From assembly GCA_038867615.1 (NCBI GenBank), contig JAWBYA010000004.1:64001-128000 (forward strand): a stretch of DNA of 64,000 nt. Direction: 5' to 3'. Below the pieces are notes generated by a model. The model made no database searches. It was not told the origin of the DNA and saw only the letters and a program-made list of their open reading frames with translations. Positions 9,898-19,563 of this stretch are shown here, in pieces; the stretch's first letter is position 1; each line of letters starts with the position of its first letter. The position numbers and the translations under genes are program-made. This stretch comes from Sulfolobales archaeon (GTDB lineage: Archaea; Thermoproteota; Thermoprotei_A; Sulfolobales; AG1).

Positions 9898-11202
9898 ATG
9901 TTTGACGTTGTAGTGATAGGGGCTGGTCATAATGGTTTAACCGCAGCTATTGTGCTTGCTATGAAGGGGCTTAATGTTGCCGTAATAGATCATCTGCCAT
10001 GGTATGGCGGCATGTCAGGCTCAAAATGGCTAGCCGGCTCCAAGATCCCTGTTGGGGCTTATGTGGTTGGGCTAGTCCCCGAGAGGATCTTAAGGGCTGT
10101 TGGGGTTAGGTTCAAAAGGTTCTATCCAGACCCTATGGCAGTGTATCTGCATGGCGATACTATTGTTAGGTGGTGGTTTGATCTTGATAGGAGGTTTCGT
10201 GAGTTAGAATCTATTGGTGTGGATAATGTTAGGGAGATGTGGGGATCTATTGTAGATTTCCACAGATCTCTTGAGAGATACCTATTAACAATAGATCCCC
10301 CATCTATGCAGGAACTCCTCTCCGACCCCGTGTTGGAATGGTTTGTTAAAAAGAGCTCGAGGGATTTCCTTGCAAAATATCTCCCACCATGGCTGTGGGG
10401 CATGTTTATACTGGATTTCTACCTGGATCAGCCTGCTTTTCTCGTCGGTTACTATAACCCTCCCGAAGGCTGGTTCTTTCCAGAGAATGGTAGGGAGAGG
10501 GGTGCATGGGTTCTTGTTGATGAGCTTTTTAGAAGAGCTGTTGATGAGGGAGTTAAGATCTACCTTGGGATCGGTGTTTCTAGAATCCTGGTTGAGGGTG
10601 GGAAGGCTAGAGGTGTGATTCTGGAGGATGGTAGTAGGGTTGAAGCTAGGTATGTGATCTCGACTGCAAGCCCTGCTAACACTCTCATCGATATGCTGGA
10701 TCCAGGGATCATTGATGAGGATATTATAAAGAGGCTTGAGAAGGGAAGCCCGATGATTGGTGTGAGGAGATTAGCAGTGATTCTTAAGGAAAAACCCAAG
10801 TTGACGGGCTATCTAGAGCCATATAGGGAATCGATCATACAGACACCTAAGGGAGAGGTTGTGGTTATGGGTAACAGTGTGATCGCTACCGGGGGGTTTG
10901 AAATAGAGGATCTCGAGGAACTGATCCTAAATGTTAGAAGAGACGCGAAAGCCCTAGAGATCATCGATGCCAGGGATCTAGAGAATGTGTTTAGGGTGAG
11001 AGGAGCTAACGTGAATCATATTATAATGACCCAGGATTACCTATTCAACTGCAGACCCGTGTGCGGCTGGGGCTATAGAACACCTGTTGAAGGGCTCTAC
11101 CTAGGCGGTGCAGGTACATGGCCTGGCGGCCAGCTTACCTGTGTTCCAGGGTGGAATGCTGCTCACAGGCTGCTGAGTGATTTGAAGAATGGGTATAGAT
11201 AG
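9898..11202 (+). CDS. Phytoene-desaturase-family FAD-dependent oxidoreductase
   Basis: DVVVIGAGHNGL; C-terminal YRTPVEGLYLGGAGTWPGG...PGWNAA. Confidence 0.85.
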   Translation: MFDVVVIGAGHNGLTAAIVLAMKGLNVAVIDHLPWYGGMSGSKWLAGSKIPVGAYVVGLVPERILRAVGVRFKRFYPDPMAVYLHGDTIVRWWFDLDRRFRELESIGVDNVREMWGSIVDFHRSLERYLLTIDPPSMQELLSDPVLEWFVKKSSRDFLAKYLPPWLWGMFILDFYLDQPAFLVGYYNPPEGWFFPENGRERGAWVLVDELFRRAVDEGVKIYLGIGVSRILVEGGKARGVILEDGSRVEARYVISTASPANTLIDMLDPGIIDEDIIKRLEKGSPMIGVRRLAVILKEKPKLTGYLEPYRESIIQTPKGEVVVMGNSVIATGGFEIEDLEELILNVRRDAKALEIIDARDLENVFRVRGANVNHIIMTQDYLFNCRPVCGWGYRTPVEGLYLGGAGTWPGGQLTCVPGWNAAHRLLSDLKNGYR

Positions 11203-11203
11203 G

Positions 11204-11306
11204 TGGGGCCGCCGGGATTTGAACCCGGGACCACCAGCGCTCTGGGATCCCTTGCTACGGGGTGCTCACCCCAGGCTGGCATCCTCCCAAGCTAGACTAC
11301 GGCCCC
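11204..11306 (-). tRNA. tRNA-Pro(GGG) with a 29-nt intron at 37/38 (intron 11240-11268)
   Basis: Reverse complement GGGGCCGTAGTCTAGC...CCAGC-CTGGGG|intron|C-GCTGG...GGTTCAAATCC...GGCCCCA. CUGG/CCAG central helix with two 3-nt bulges forms a BHB motif. Confidence 0.93.
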
Positions 11307-11393
11307 TCACGTTCATATGATCCTGTCTATAGCTAATAAGCTAAGATCTCGGTCTTTATTATCTTCCCTAGAAACATATCTAATGGAGCAATA

Positions 11394-12002
11394 TTGGATA
11401 GGAGACATGGTTATTTCGAATATGCTGAAGGGTTCAGGGGAGTTCCATATATTCTTGAGAAGGGAAGCTTGATCGATAACATTGTATTGATCCATGAGGA
11501 GAACTTCAATGCAACGATCTCTAACGATCAGAGGCTGGCGATATTATCGCTGCTCGCTAAAGGCGTTACGAGAGCATCACAGCTTGCCGAGAACATTGGG
11601 GTTGTAAGGACGGCTGTTTACAGGCATCTACACTTCCTAGAGAACCACGGCTGGATTGTTAAGCATGGTGAGGATTATCTATTAACATCAAAGATATATC
11701 TCGTTTACAGGGTGTATAGCTCGCCAGCGGGGGCTTCTCTAGAGGTGCTTGAGAATAAGGGTGCCTTTATAGATGATAGCTATGGTCTTCTAGTAATAGT
11801 CAGTGGTGTCGATGCTAGTAAGAGATGCACTAGCTGTCTGTTAATAGATCTGTGTAGAAGTAGTGTGGATGCCATAAGCAGGAGATTCGATGTGAGCGAG
11901 AGTGAAATCCCTTCTATAAGGATCATATCATCGCTATCTAAGCTCGTTAAGATGAATATAGAAAGCATGCTTAGAAAGGGATTTGTGGTTCTTAAGAAGT
12001 GA
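11394..12002 (+). CDS. ArsR-like winged-helix transcriptional regulator with a Cys-containing C-terminal domain
   Basis: RLAILSLL...RASQLAENIGVVRTAVYRHLHFLE wHTH; CTSCLLIDLC motif. Confidence 0.7.
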   Translation: MDRRHGYFEYAEGFRGVPYILEKGSLIDNIVLIHEENFNATISNDQRLAILSLLAKGVTRASQLAENIGVVRTAVYRHLHFLENHGWIVKHGEDYLLTSKIYLVYRVYSSPAGASLEVLENKGAFIDDSYGLLVIVSGVDASKRCTSCLLIDLCRSSVDAISRRFDVSESEIPSIRIISSLSKLVKMNIESMLRKGFVVLKK

Positions 12003-12017
12003 TCACGGCATGGTATA

Positions 12018-13469
12018 ATGATCAGGATTGTTGTTAAGAGCAGGATAACAGATCTAGGGGTTGTTACAACAAACCATGTGACAGAGATCCGTGTTCCGAA
12101 ACAGATAACCCTGCTTGACTGCATGCTCAAAACAATGGGCTATTCGCTATGTGCAGCATATCTAGTATCGGGGGAACCTAGGGATGATGATATAGTGAGT
12201 GCAGCTGCTAGAAGACTTGTAAGCGATCTATCTAACGATCTCTCAGCATTCTCAGAGGCACATGGTCTTTTCAGAGTTAGCATCAAGTACCCCCTATACA
12301 AAAACCTATACAGGCTTACAAGCAGAGCAGAGATCTACAAACACCTAGCGATCAGATATCTAGAGAACGGGTCCCCGGACGTGGATCTCGCCATCGGGAT
12401 CACTGCTAGGAACGCAGGGTTCAAGATCGATGGTGGCTGGCTCTCCATAGATAAGGAGAAAGGATATCTGGTGAATATAAGGGCCGACTGGCTCAAGACG
12501 ATCCCAGCTATAGAGAGTCTGAAGAGGTCTTTTGATGAGTACCTAAACCCATTGATAAAGATACTGAAGAGCGTTAGAATCCCTCAGCTAGAAGATCCTC
12601 CCCCGCCTGAGGATCTCATAGAGTGCGTGGAGGGCAAGGTTATAGATTATAGATCTATAAGAGACAGGATCTATGATTCCGGAGTGGTTCGAAGCGACAA
12701 AACACTGCCTAAGATCCTCAACGCGCTCTCGACATCGAGGATTGTAAGGGATAGGGAGAGTGGTGTTAAGATGGTTATGAAAAACTTCTCTGACTACGCC
12801 TCGGCTAAATGGCTTCTGATAAGCCCTACTGTGGATCTAATGACCCGTGTGGGTATAAGGCCTAAGGCTCTTCCCAGGGCTAGGTTCTGGAATGAGTATA
12901 GATATACGATAGAGCTTAGGAGGCTCGGTATAGCGACCCAGAGGATCCTCTACATAGATCCATGGTCTCTCACGATGATTAAAGAATACATAGAGGGTGA
13001 GCCTCTGAGTAGGTATGCTATATATGGAGGTATGGTGGACGAGGCTGTCGAGATCTTTATGAGGACAATAGCTAAAATACATAGCAGCGGGGTTTGCTTG
13101 ATAGACACGAAACCAGATAATTTTATAGCCATGGAAGGGAGCGATACTGCTTACTGTATAGATCTTGAGCAGGCTGGAAGGTGTAGGAGGTATAGCCATA
13201 TGGCGTGGGATCTGGTTGTTTTCCCTTATTTCCTCCTGCTCATCGCCCCCAACAATATGGCTAACAGAATACCGCTTATAATCGAGGATAAGATAAGGAT
13301 CTATCTTGATAGTCTTAAACTTGGGGATAAGGCTAAGGCGAGGATTTTGAGCAGCCTGTCCGACCCGAGGATCACATATATATTCCTGGTAGGTTTATCG
13401 ATAATAGGTCCCACGAAGATCAAACCACTACTGGATATATTGAAAAAACTAGGCTCTCTAAAGCCATAG
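12018..13469 (+). CDS. Protein-kinase-like (Kdo/Bud32/RIO-type) protein with an extended N-terminal domain
   Basis: MVMK lysine, NEY helix-C glutamate, IKEYIEG hinge, DTKPDN catalytic loop, IDLEQA, WDL. Confidence 0.75.
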   Translation: MIRIVVKSRITDLGVVTTNHVTEIRVPKQITLLDCMLKTMGYSLCAAYLVSGEPRDDDIVSAAARRLVSDLSNDLSAFSEAHGLFRVSIKYPLYKNLYRLTSRAEIYKHLAIRYLENGSPDVDLAIGITARNAGFKIDGGWLSIDKEKGYLVNIRADWLKTIPAIESLKRSFDEYLNPLIKILKSVRIPQLEDPPPPEDLIECVEGKVIDYRSIRDRIYDSGVVRSDKTLPKILNALSTSRIVRDRESGVKMVMKNFSDYASAKWLLISPTVDLMTRVGIRPKALPRARFWNEYRYTIELRRLGIATQRILYIDPWSLTMIKEYIEGEPLSRYAIYGGMVDEAVEIFMRTIAKIHSSGVCLIDTKPDNFIAMEGSDTAYCIDLEQAGRCRRYSHMAWDLVVFPYFLLLIAPNNMANRIPLIIEDKIRIYLDSLKLGDKAKARILSSLSDPRITYIFLVGLSIIGPTKIKPLLDILKKLGSLKP

Positions 13470-13725
13470 CCAGCTGTTTCAGGTTTCATGATGGTTTATA
13501 AGGATTGATATTAAACCCGAGTTCTGCAGTAATGTAACCTTATATAAGCTCTTATATTTCACTGGGATGCCCGCCCAACAATGAGGGTGGGATAGAGACC
13601 CGAGTGGGCGGGGTAAATACAGAGAGATCCAGGATGTGGGCCCCAATGAAAGGAGCCCTGAGGCCAATGAAGCCAAGGGAAGAGCAGTTGGTATAAAAAT
13701 CAACCGCAATGAAGCCCGAACCCCT
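13464..13725 (+). mobile_element. Family A non-autonomous IS607/tnpB-like relic (copy A1)
   Basis: Left block CCATAGCCAGCTGTTTCAGGTTTCATG...GATATTAAACCCGAGTTCTGCAG aligns with 51763-51835. Right block ATGAAAGGAGCCCTGAGGCCAATGAAGCCAAGG...GTTGGTATAAAAATCAAC...ATGAAGCCCGAACCCCT aligns with 35870-35923 and 51961-52041. Confidence 0.7.
13568..13624 (+). ncRNA. Candidate K-turn hairpin / H/ACA-like small RNA
   Basis: CCCGCCCA/TGGGCGGG stem, AAT bulge, tandem GA/GA, GGGT/ACCC stem, ACA at 13619-13621. TATA box TTATATAA at 13540-13547 is at the right distance for a start near 13567-13570. Confidence 0.55.
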
Positions 13726-13854
13726 AATAAGTTCTTCTACACCACGCCATCACTTTCCTTCAAATAATATCACAAACATGGCAGGGATCTTCCACATATT
13801 CCCAGATATATGCTGCGATAGAGGATGAACCGATCTCTTATCGATGCTTGGGGA

Positions 13855-14098
13855 AGATTTATTAGCTTTGATCTATATGGTTTTGGTTACTGGTTTGTTT
13901 CAATATTGGCTCTGAGTGGTGATGGAGGCATAGCCCCAGCCATTAAGAGGATAGTTTCTCAAATCTAGACGAGAGCTTTGGTGTTATACTTAACAGCTAC
14001 TCATAAACCAACAGAGGTAAAGAGATCTCTATCGGCTAGGTTTAAGTCCCTAGATACGGATGAAAACAAAGAGTATCAAACATCCAAGGATAAAACGG
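13855..14098 (+). mobile_element. Family B relic (copy B6)
   Basis: ACAGCTACTCATAAACCAACAG...GTCCCTAGATA...ACATCCAAGGATAAAACGG aligns with the reverse complement of 36892-37000 (ACAGCCACCCATGAACCCACAG...GTCCTTGGATG...ACATCCAGGGACAAACGG). The left boundary is approximate. Confidence 0.6.
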
Positions 14099-14132
14099 TT
14101 GCTAGCCTGTAATCATAAGTGATCGATGGTTA

Positions 14133-15653
14133 CTATTGGCGGCTATTTCTTATCATCGATACTAGTTCCCTGAATCTCTCGTTAAATGTATTTATATCCT
14201 CTTCATTCCTACTGCTTGTCACATATTCTCCAGATCTTGAGAGTAAGGACCAGAGATCGCTGTATAGGTTCTTCACCCTCTCTAGTTCTCTTCTAGCTCT
14301 ACCACATGCTCCAGTCTCGTTTCCTCTGCATAGGTGTTCGAACCTCTCCTGATCAACGATCTTCAGCTCTCCATGTACTATGGAGGCGTCTAGCTCTAGG
14401 TCTAGATAGGATATCTTGATCATTACGTCATATATTACAGCTGGCTTCGTGTTTATATTGATATAAACTCCCTTGAGCTCTGAGTTATATCTATAATAGG
14501 CATGGATTGTTAACCAGCTATTCTCACCGATTATGGTGAGGGCCTTATCATCTTTCTCTTTCTGGATCCCCAGGCCGTCATATAACCCAGAGCCTGTTAT
14601 GCTTCTCACCACTCCTAGCCATAGCCCGTCTTCAAGGTTTAGGTATGTTTTAAGCCTACCCCTTCCAAGAATCCTTGGTTTCTCGAAGGGTCTGTTATGG
14701 ATTATGAGGATCTCGGCCCCGCTTGATAGCCTCTCAACAAGATGTTTCCTAAGCCCGTTCAATATAGCGTTGGGAGGGGCTCCTGATGCTGCTATGCTGT
14801 CTAGAAGATCGGCGGTATCTGGGTTATCTGAAAAAGCTTTTATCACGTGGTGCATTGGCGTGGTAGGGGTTACAAGAGATCTTACCCTATCCAGCTCGTC
14901 CATATCTTCTGGGGAGAGGTGTATAAAGGCTATCTTCTCACCCACATATAGTGGTTCCATACTCGCTGCAGAGTTGGCCTTGGTAGAGACTTCTGTTAAT
15001 GTTCTCTTTAAAGTGTCTAGCTCGCCCAAGAGTTCTTTTAGTGATGCTCTTGAGGCTGAGCTTCTCCAGGAAACCCCCAGCCCTTGTTTTAAAACCATGT
15101 CAGATATACCTCTAAGCTCGAGGATAACGTCGGGATCCCTTATATGTTCTGAGATCTTCTCGACAGGCTTGTCGAGAAGGATCATATACCTGCCAACGAT
15201 ATATATGCCTCTATCTATTAGAGGCGTTCCATCTCCTCTATATCCGATTATAGTGGCAACCAGATCCTCACCTTTATAGCAAGTCCTATCCTTGAGATAG
15301 CCATGAACACCTAGGGGTGTTTCTACATAGCATCCACCCATATCCTGGGAAGAAACCCTAGCCCTGAAAACCATGTATAATGGTAAGGGGCCTCGGTAGA
15401 GGGATGTTTTTACAACACTCGATATAGCCTTGAAAGCCTCTTCGACAGCGCCAGGAACCCCTATTATTACTAAAAGGCTCTTATTATCATCGCTATCCTT
15501 TACAGTAACATCCACGGGTCCCTCTGACTCTGTGTTAAGCCTCCTAGAGAGCTTCTCACTAATATCTCCTGGTTTAAAACCATAATCGATCAGAATCTTT
15601 GATATCGCTGTAGCATAGATCCCCCTAACCCTGAAGCCATAGGGCTGCTCCAT
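14133..15653 (-). CDS. fau-1: Probable ribonuclease FAU-1 (RNase E/G-like plus DUF402)
   Basis: VRGIYATAI, WRSSA, LDRVRSLVTPT..HHVIK, GLYDGLG, YININT, YLDLELD motifs. Confidence 0.85.
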   Translation of the reverse strand: MEQPYGFRVRGIYATAISKILIDYGFKPGDISEKLSRRLNTESEGPVDVTVKDSDDNKSLLVIIGVPGAVEEAFKAISSVVKTSLYRGPLPLYMVFRARVSSQDMGGCYVETPLGVHGYLKDRTCYKGEDLVATIIGYRGDGTPLIDRGIYIVGRYMILLDKPVEKISEHIRDPDVILELRGISDMVLKQGLGVSWRSSASRASLKELLGELDTLKRTLTEVSTKANSAASMEPLYVGEKIAFIHLSPEDMDELDRVRSLVTPTTPMHHVIKAFSDNPDTADLLDSIAASGAPPNAILNGLRKHLVERLSSGAEILIIHNRPFEKPRILGRGRLKTYLNLEDGLWLGVVRSITGSGLYDGLGIQKEKDDKALTIIGENSWLTIHAYYRYNSELKGVYININTKPAVIYDVMIKISYLDLELDASIVHGELKIVDQERFEHLCRGNETGACGRARRELERVKNLYSDLWSLLSRSGEYVTSSRNEEDINTFNERFRELVSMIRNSRQ

Positions 15654-15662
15654 AGCTATCCC

Positions 15663-15947
15663 TTAATCCTTAACAGTCTCAAGCCTTGTCGCTATCTGCC
15701 ATAGGAGGTTCCTGGCATGAGTGGGCATGTTGGGATCCTGGCTAACCTCGTCGAGAATGCTAACAGCGTTCGCAGCCCTCACGCCTGGTGTGAGGCTCTG
15801 TTCCTGCAGGATCTTTATAGCCTGTATAGCTGCTCTCCTAATATTTCTGGGAACCTGGGAGTCGTTAACAATACCCATTAGAAGAACCAGGGCTTCTTTA
15901 ATCTTAGCCTCGTTCTGAGCCTTCTTCTGAGCCTCAATGCTGCTCAT
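15663..15947 (-). CDS. UPF0147 family protein
   Basis: [12 protein letters not shown]...[23 protein letters not shown]. Confidence 0.9.
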   Translation of the reverse strand: MSSIEAQKKAQNEAKIKEALVLLMGIVNDSQVPRNIRRAAIQAIKILQEQSLTPGVRAANAVSILDEVSQDPNMPTHARNLLWQIATRLETVKD

Positions 15948-16006
15948 AACACCACCCCCAGATCTTCTCTCTATATCATCTATACAATAGAGCAGTTTTA
16001 TTTTTA

Positions 16007-16540
16007 ATGCCTCCCACCTACCAAGGATTGGGGATCACATACTCAATGAATGCTGGAGAGGCCATAAGCTGCTCCGGAAACCCCCCTGAGGATCTTTTGA
16101 ACGAGATCTATGGGGTCGAGCTCACATGCTTCAAGGACCCATACCCACCGAGACTCCTCCTATACTATGTAAGACTGGCACCAGATCTATTCATAGTATG
16201 CAGATCAAATGAAAAGATCGTGGGATACGCGATAGGAGTTATAGAGAACTATGGGAGAACAGGCCATGTAGTCTCCATATGCGTCCACAAAGACCATAGG
16301 AGAAAAGGCGTTGGGAGGATCTTGATGGAGACTCTTGAGAAGCTATTCATAGAAAAAGGAGCCATCGAAGCAAAACTCGAGGTGAGGGTGAGCAACGAGC
16401 CAGCAATAAACCTCTATAGATCCATGGGCTACACCATAGCAAACATATATCACAGCTACTATAGCGATGGTGAGGATGCATATATAATGATCAAGAGCCT
16501 CTCAAAAACCCGAAATGTTAGCCCACGATATATTTCATAA
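16007..16540 (+). CDS. RimI/Ard1-like GNAT N-terminal acetyltransferase
   Basis: GHVVSICV...[26 protein letters not shown]. The start may be about 16046. Confidence 0.88.
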   Translation: MPPTYQGLGITYSMNAGEAISCSGNPPEDLLNEIYGVELTCFKDPYPPRLLLYYVRLAPDLFIVCRSNEKIVGYAIGVIENYGRTGHVVSICVHKDHRRKGVGRILMETLEKLFIEKGAIEAKLEVRVSNEPAINLYRSMGYTIANIYHSYYSDGEDAYIMIKSLSKTRNVSPRYIS

Positions 16541-16582
16541 AGACCCCGAGCAGAGAGGTAGAAACAGGATGCGATGGTTTCT

Positions 16583-16704
16583 CCACAGCAGCGGGCCAGA
16601 GACAAACTATGAGGAGGAGTTGTGGGTTGGGGTTACACTGAACGGTGTGGAGGTTGAGGATGATAACCCCGATGAAAGAAGTCCTGATGCCTATGAAACC
16701 TAAG
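16583..16704 (+). mobile_element. Family A relic, truncated (copy A2)
   Basis: CACAGCAGC...CTATGAGGAGGAGTTGTGG...GGTTAC aligns with 35757-35815. GATGATAACCCCGATGAAAGAAGTCCTGATGCCTATGAAACC aligns with 51945-51990. Confidence 0.6.
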
Positions 16705-16763
16705 CTCTACACTATGGCTTAGATCGTCTGGTTCTCTTCATATATTCTCCAGATTCTCAAGCC

Positions 16764-17864
16764 CTAGATCTTTGATAAAAGGTCTATTATATAGTTTATA
16801 TCGTCTTCTCTTAACGCTGGGTGTATGGGGAGGCTCAGGATCCTTTGAGAAGCTTTGTAGGAGTTGGAGCAGCAGTTTTTATAACCCAGCTTTCTGTATA
16901 GTGGTTGCATGTGTATTGGTAAGGGATAGTGGATCGCTGTCTCGACACCGTGTTCTCTGAGGTATGATGCTAGCTCGTCTCTAGACACTGGGGCGTCGTC
17001 CTCTAGCATTACTACGTATTGGTGATATACATGCCTAGCCCATGGCTTCTCTATAGGCGGTCTAAGCCATCCAAGCTTCTTTATACCCTGGGTCATTTTC
17101 TCAGCATTTCTTCTCCTGATCTCGTTAAGCCTATCAAGCTTCTCAAGCTGTGAGATCCCGAGGGCTGCCTGGATAGATGTCATTCTATAGTTACCCCCAA
17201 GCTCTATATGGATATACTTAGCCTCCTGACCATGGTTTCTCAAAAGCTCAATCCTTCTCGCAAGGTCATCGCTATTTGTTGTAACCATGCCCCCCTCGCC
17301 TGTAGTCATGTTCTTCGTAGCATAGAAGCTAAAAGCCCCCAGATCTCCGAGAGACCCGCACTTCATACCCTTATACAGAGCACCGTGGGCTTGGGCAGCA
17401 TCTTCTATGACGAAAACACCATGATCCCTAGCGATCCTTACTATCGGATCCATATCGGCTGGATGTCCATAAAGGTGCACTGGGATCACAGCCCTAGTCC
17501 TCCTCGAGATCGAATCCTCAACGCAAGATGTATCTAGAGAGAAAATCTCAAGATCTATATCGCAAAGCACAGGCCTGGCACCAAGCATCAAGACCGTATT
17601 AGCTGTAGCAATAAATGTGAAACTTGGTACGATAACCTCATCACCAGGCTTAACCCCAATAGCCCTGAGGGAAAGCTCTAAAGCAACAGTACCGTTGGTC
17701 ACTGCAAGAGCCCTCTTAACACCAACGTATTTGGCAAACCTGGTCTCGAACTCCTCCACAAGGGGGCCGTGGGCGAGCCAGCCGCTTCTCATTGCCTTGA
17801 CAACCATCTCCACATCATTCTCGTCTATATGGGGTACGGATATCTTTATGCTCCTCCTATCCAT
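16764..17864 (-). CDS. DegT/DnrJ/EryC1/StrS PLP-dependent sugar aminotransferase
   Basis: IEDAAQAHGA, SFYATKNMTTGEGG, GGNYRM motifs. Confidence 0.92.
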   Translation of the reverse strand: MDRRSIKISVPHIDENDVEMVVKAMRSGWLAHGPLVEEFETRFAKYVGVKRALAVTNGTVALELSLRAIGVKPGDEVIVPSFTFIATANTVLMLGARPVLCDIDLEIFSLDTSCVEDSISRRTRAVIPVHLYGHPADMDPIVRIARDHGVFVIEDAAQAHGALYKGMKCGSLGDLGAFSFYATKNMTTGEGGMVTTNSDDLARRIELLRNHGQEAKYIHIELGGNYRMTSIQAALGISQLEKLDRLNEIRRRNAEKMTQGIKKLGWLRPPIEKPWARHVYHQYVVMLEDDAPVSRDELASYLREHGVETAIHYPLPIHMQPLYRKLGYKNCCSNSYKASQRILSLPIHPALREDDINYIIDLLSKI

Positions 17865-18109
17865 GGTCCTCCAAGAGCATTACCTATGGTCTATATATAA
17901 GACTAGCCTGTGTTTCCAAAAAATAGTAACGCATATCGAAACGTGTAGTAGTCTAGCTAGTATAAACTTCATAAGATCTATTTTAATAGCGATCTAAAAG
18001 CCCTTGATCCTTACCCCTATGCTGACACCATATAATATATGGGCTAGTGTGTAAGGATGGCAGGATGCCTCGAACTTTTTACCCCCCATAGCTCATTCTA
18101 GGTGGGCTT

Positions 18110-19078
18110 TTGGGAGAGTGGATAGGCTCAACAAGCCCCGGCTGGTATGATGGGTTTAGGGGTAAGGATGTTATTTCCGCTAGAGATTTCAGCAGGGAGG
18201 ATTATGAGGCTCTCTTCCGCTACGCGGATCTATATGAAAAGGATCCAGGGTTCTACAAAGGCCTTCTGAAGGATTGCACAGCGGCCCTAGTGTTTGTTGA
18301 ACCATCTACCAGGACTTTCCATAGCTTTGAGACTGCTGCAAGGATCCTTGGATGCGGCGTTACAGCTATAAGGGATCCCTCCATGTCATCTATAGCTAAG
18401 GGTGAAAGCCTCCACGATACCATAAAGATGATCGAGTCCTATGGTGCGAGCATAATAATACTCAGGCACCCGGCTAGGGGTGCGGCTCTCTATGCTGCAG
18501 AGATCTCGAGAGTCCCTGTTATCAATGCTGGCGATGGTAGTAGGGAGCATCCAACACAAGCCATGCTGGATCTATATACTATTGCTAGGAAGAGGGGAGG
18601 TATAGATGGTTTGAGAATAGCCTTCCTAGGAGATCTCAGGTTCTCTAGAACAGTATCCTCCCTAAGCTATGCCCTCGCATCCTTCAAAGATATAGAGATC
18701 CTCTACATAGCTCCACCAATACTCCAGATAAGGCGGGAGGTTAAGATCTATTTAGAGGACAGGGGGGTTGAGTATAAAGAGATAGTCGATATGGATAAGG
18801 CGAGGGAGATCATCAGATCTATCGATGTCCTCTACGTAACAAGGCTCCAGAAAGAAAGATTCCCCGACCCCAGCGAGTATGAGAAGCTTAGGGGAGCCTA
18901 TACAGTGGGGCCAGAGATCCTGGGTATTATGAGGAGCGATGCAGGAATAATGCACCCACTCCCAAGAGTGGACGAGCTCTCGCCAGAGCTAGATTCTAAA
19001 CCAAATGCATGGTACTTTGACCAGGCTAGGTGGGGCTTGAATGTTAGGGTTGCTCTCCTCAGCCTAATACTGAGGTGA
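18110..19078 (+). CDS. pyrB: Aspartate carbamoyltransferase catalytic subunit
   Basis: EPSTRT, KGESL.DT, NAGDG..EHPTQ, TRLQKER, MHPLPR. Confidence 0.97.
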   Translation: MGEWIGSTSPGWYDGFRGKDVISARDFSREDYEALFRYADLYEKDPGFYKGLLKDCTAALVFVEPSTRTFHSFETAARILGCGVTAIRDPSMSSIAKGESLHDTIKMIESYGASIIILRHPARGAALYAAEISRVPVINAGDGSREHPTQAMLDLYTIARKRGGIDGLRIAFLGDLRFSRTVSSLSYALASFKDIEILYIAPPILQIRREVKIYLEDRGVEYKEIVDMDKAREIIRSIDVLYVTRLQKERFPDPSEYEKLRGAYTVGPEILGIMRSDAGIMHPLPRVDELSPELDSKPNAWYFDQARWGLNVRVALLSLILR

Positions 19079-19563
19079 TCCTTGTGGAGGAGCATCTACT
19101 AGTTAGAAAAATAGATACGGGGACAGTTATAGACCACATACCCCCGTGGAGGGCTAGCGATGTCCTCAAACTCCTCGATCTAGAGGGGCTAAGGAGATCT
19201 GATACCTCTCTAGTGATCCTCCATAACGTCCCAAGCAAGAAATATGGGAGGAAAGATATAATTAAGCTCTATAGGCATTTCATATCAAACGAGGAGGCAG
19301 ACCTAGTATGCCTAGTATTCCCAACATCGACCATCAACTATATCAAGGATTGGAGGGTTGAGAAGTACGAACCAAAGATCCCTGAGAGGATTGTTGGGAG
19401 AATAAAATGCCCTGAAGTGACATGCGTAACCAATAATCCGAGGGAGAATATTAGAACAAGATTCAAGGTTCTATCGAAATATAGGATTGTTCAGTGCGAG
19501 TACTGCGACACAATAGTAGAGCTGGAGAGAATAGCCGAACTAGTTGGTAAGAGGTCGGAGTGA
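19075..19563 (+). CDS. pyrI: Aspartate carbamoyltransferase regulatory subunit
   Basis: GTVIDHIP, KDIIK, Zn ligands CPEVTC and CEYC; follows pyrB. Confidence 0.95.
   Translation: MILVEEHLLVRKIDTGTVIDHIPPWRASDVLKLLDLEGLRRSDTSLVILHNVPSKKYGRKDIIKLYRHFISNEEADLVCLVFPTSTINYIKDWRVEKYEPKIPERIVGRIKCPEVTCVTNNPRENIRTRFKVLSKYRIVQCEYCDTIVELERIAELVGKRSE

Noticed and set aside
13635-13725. Family A ATGAA/CTGA motifs as a TIGR-like tandem guide array
   Set aside because: The copies are dispersed, not tandem with a fixed period, and no Nop-domain Tas-like gene is in the window.
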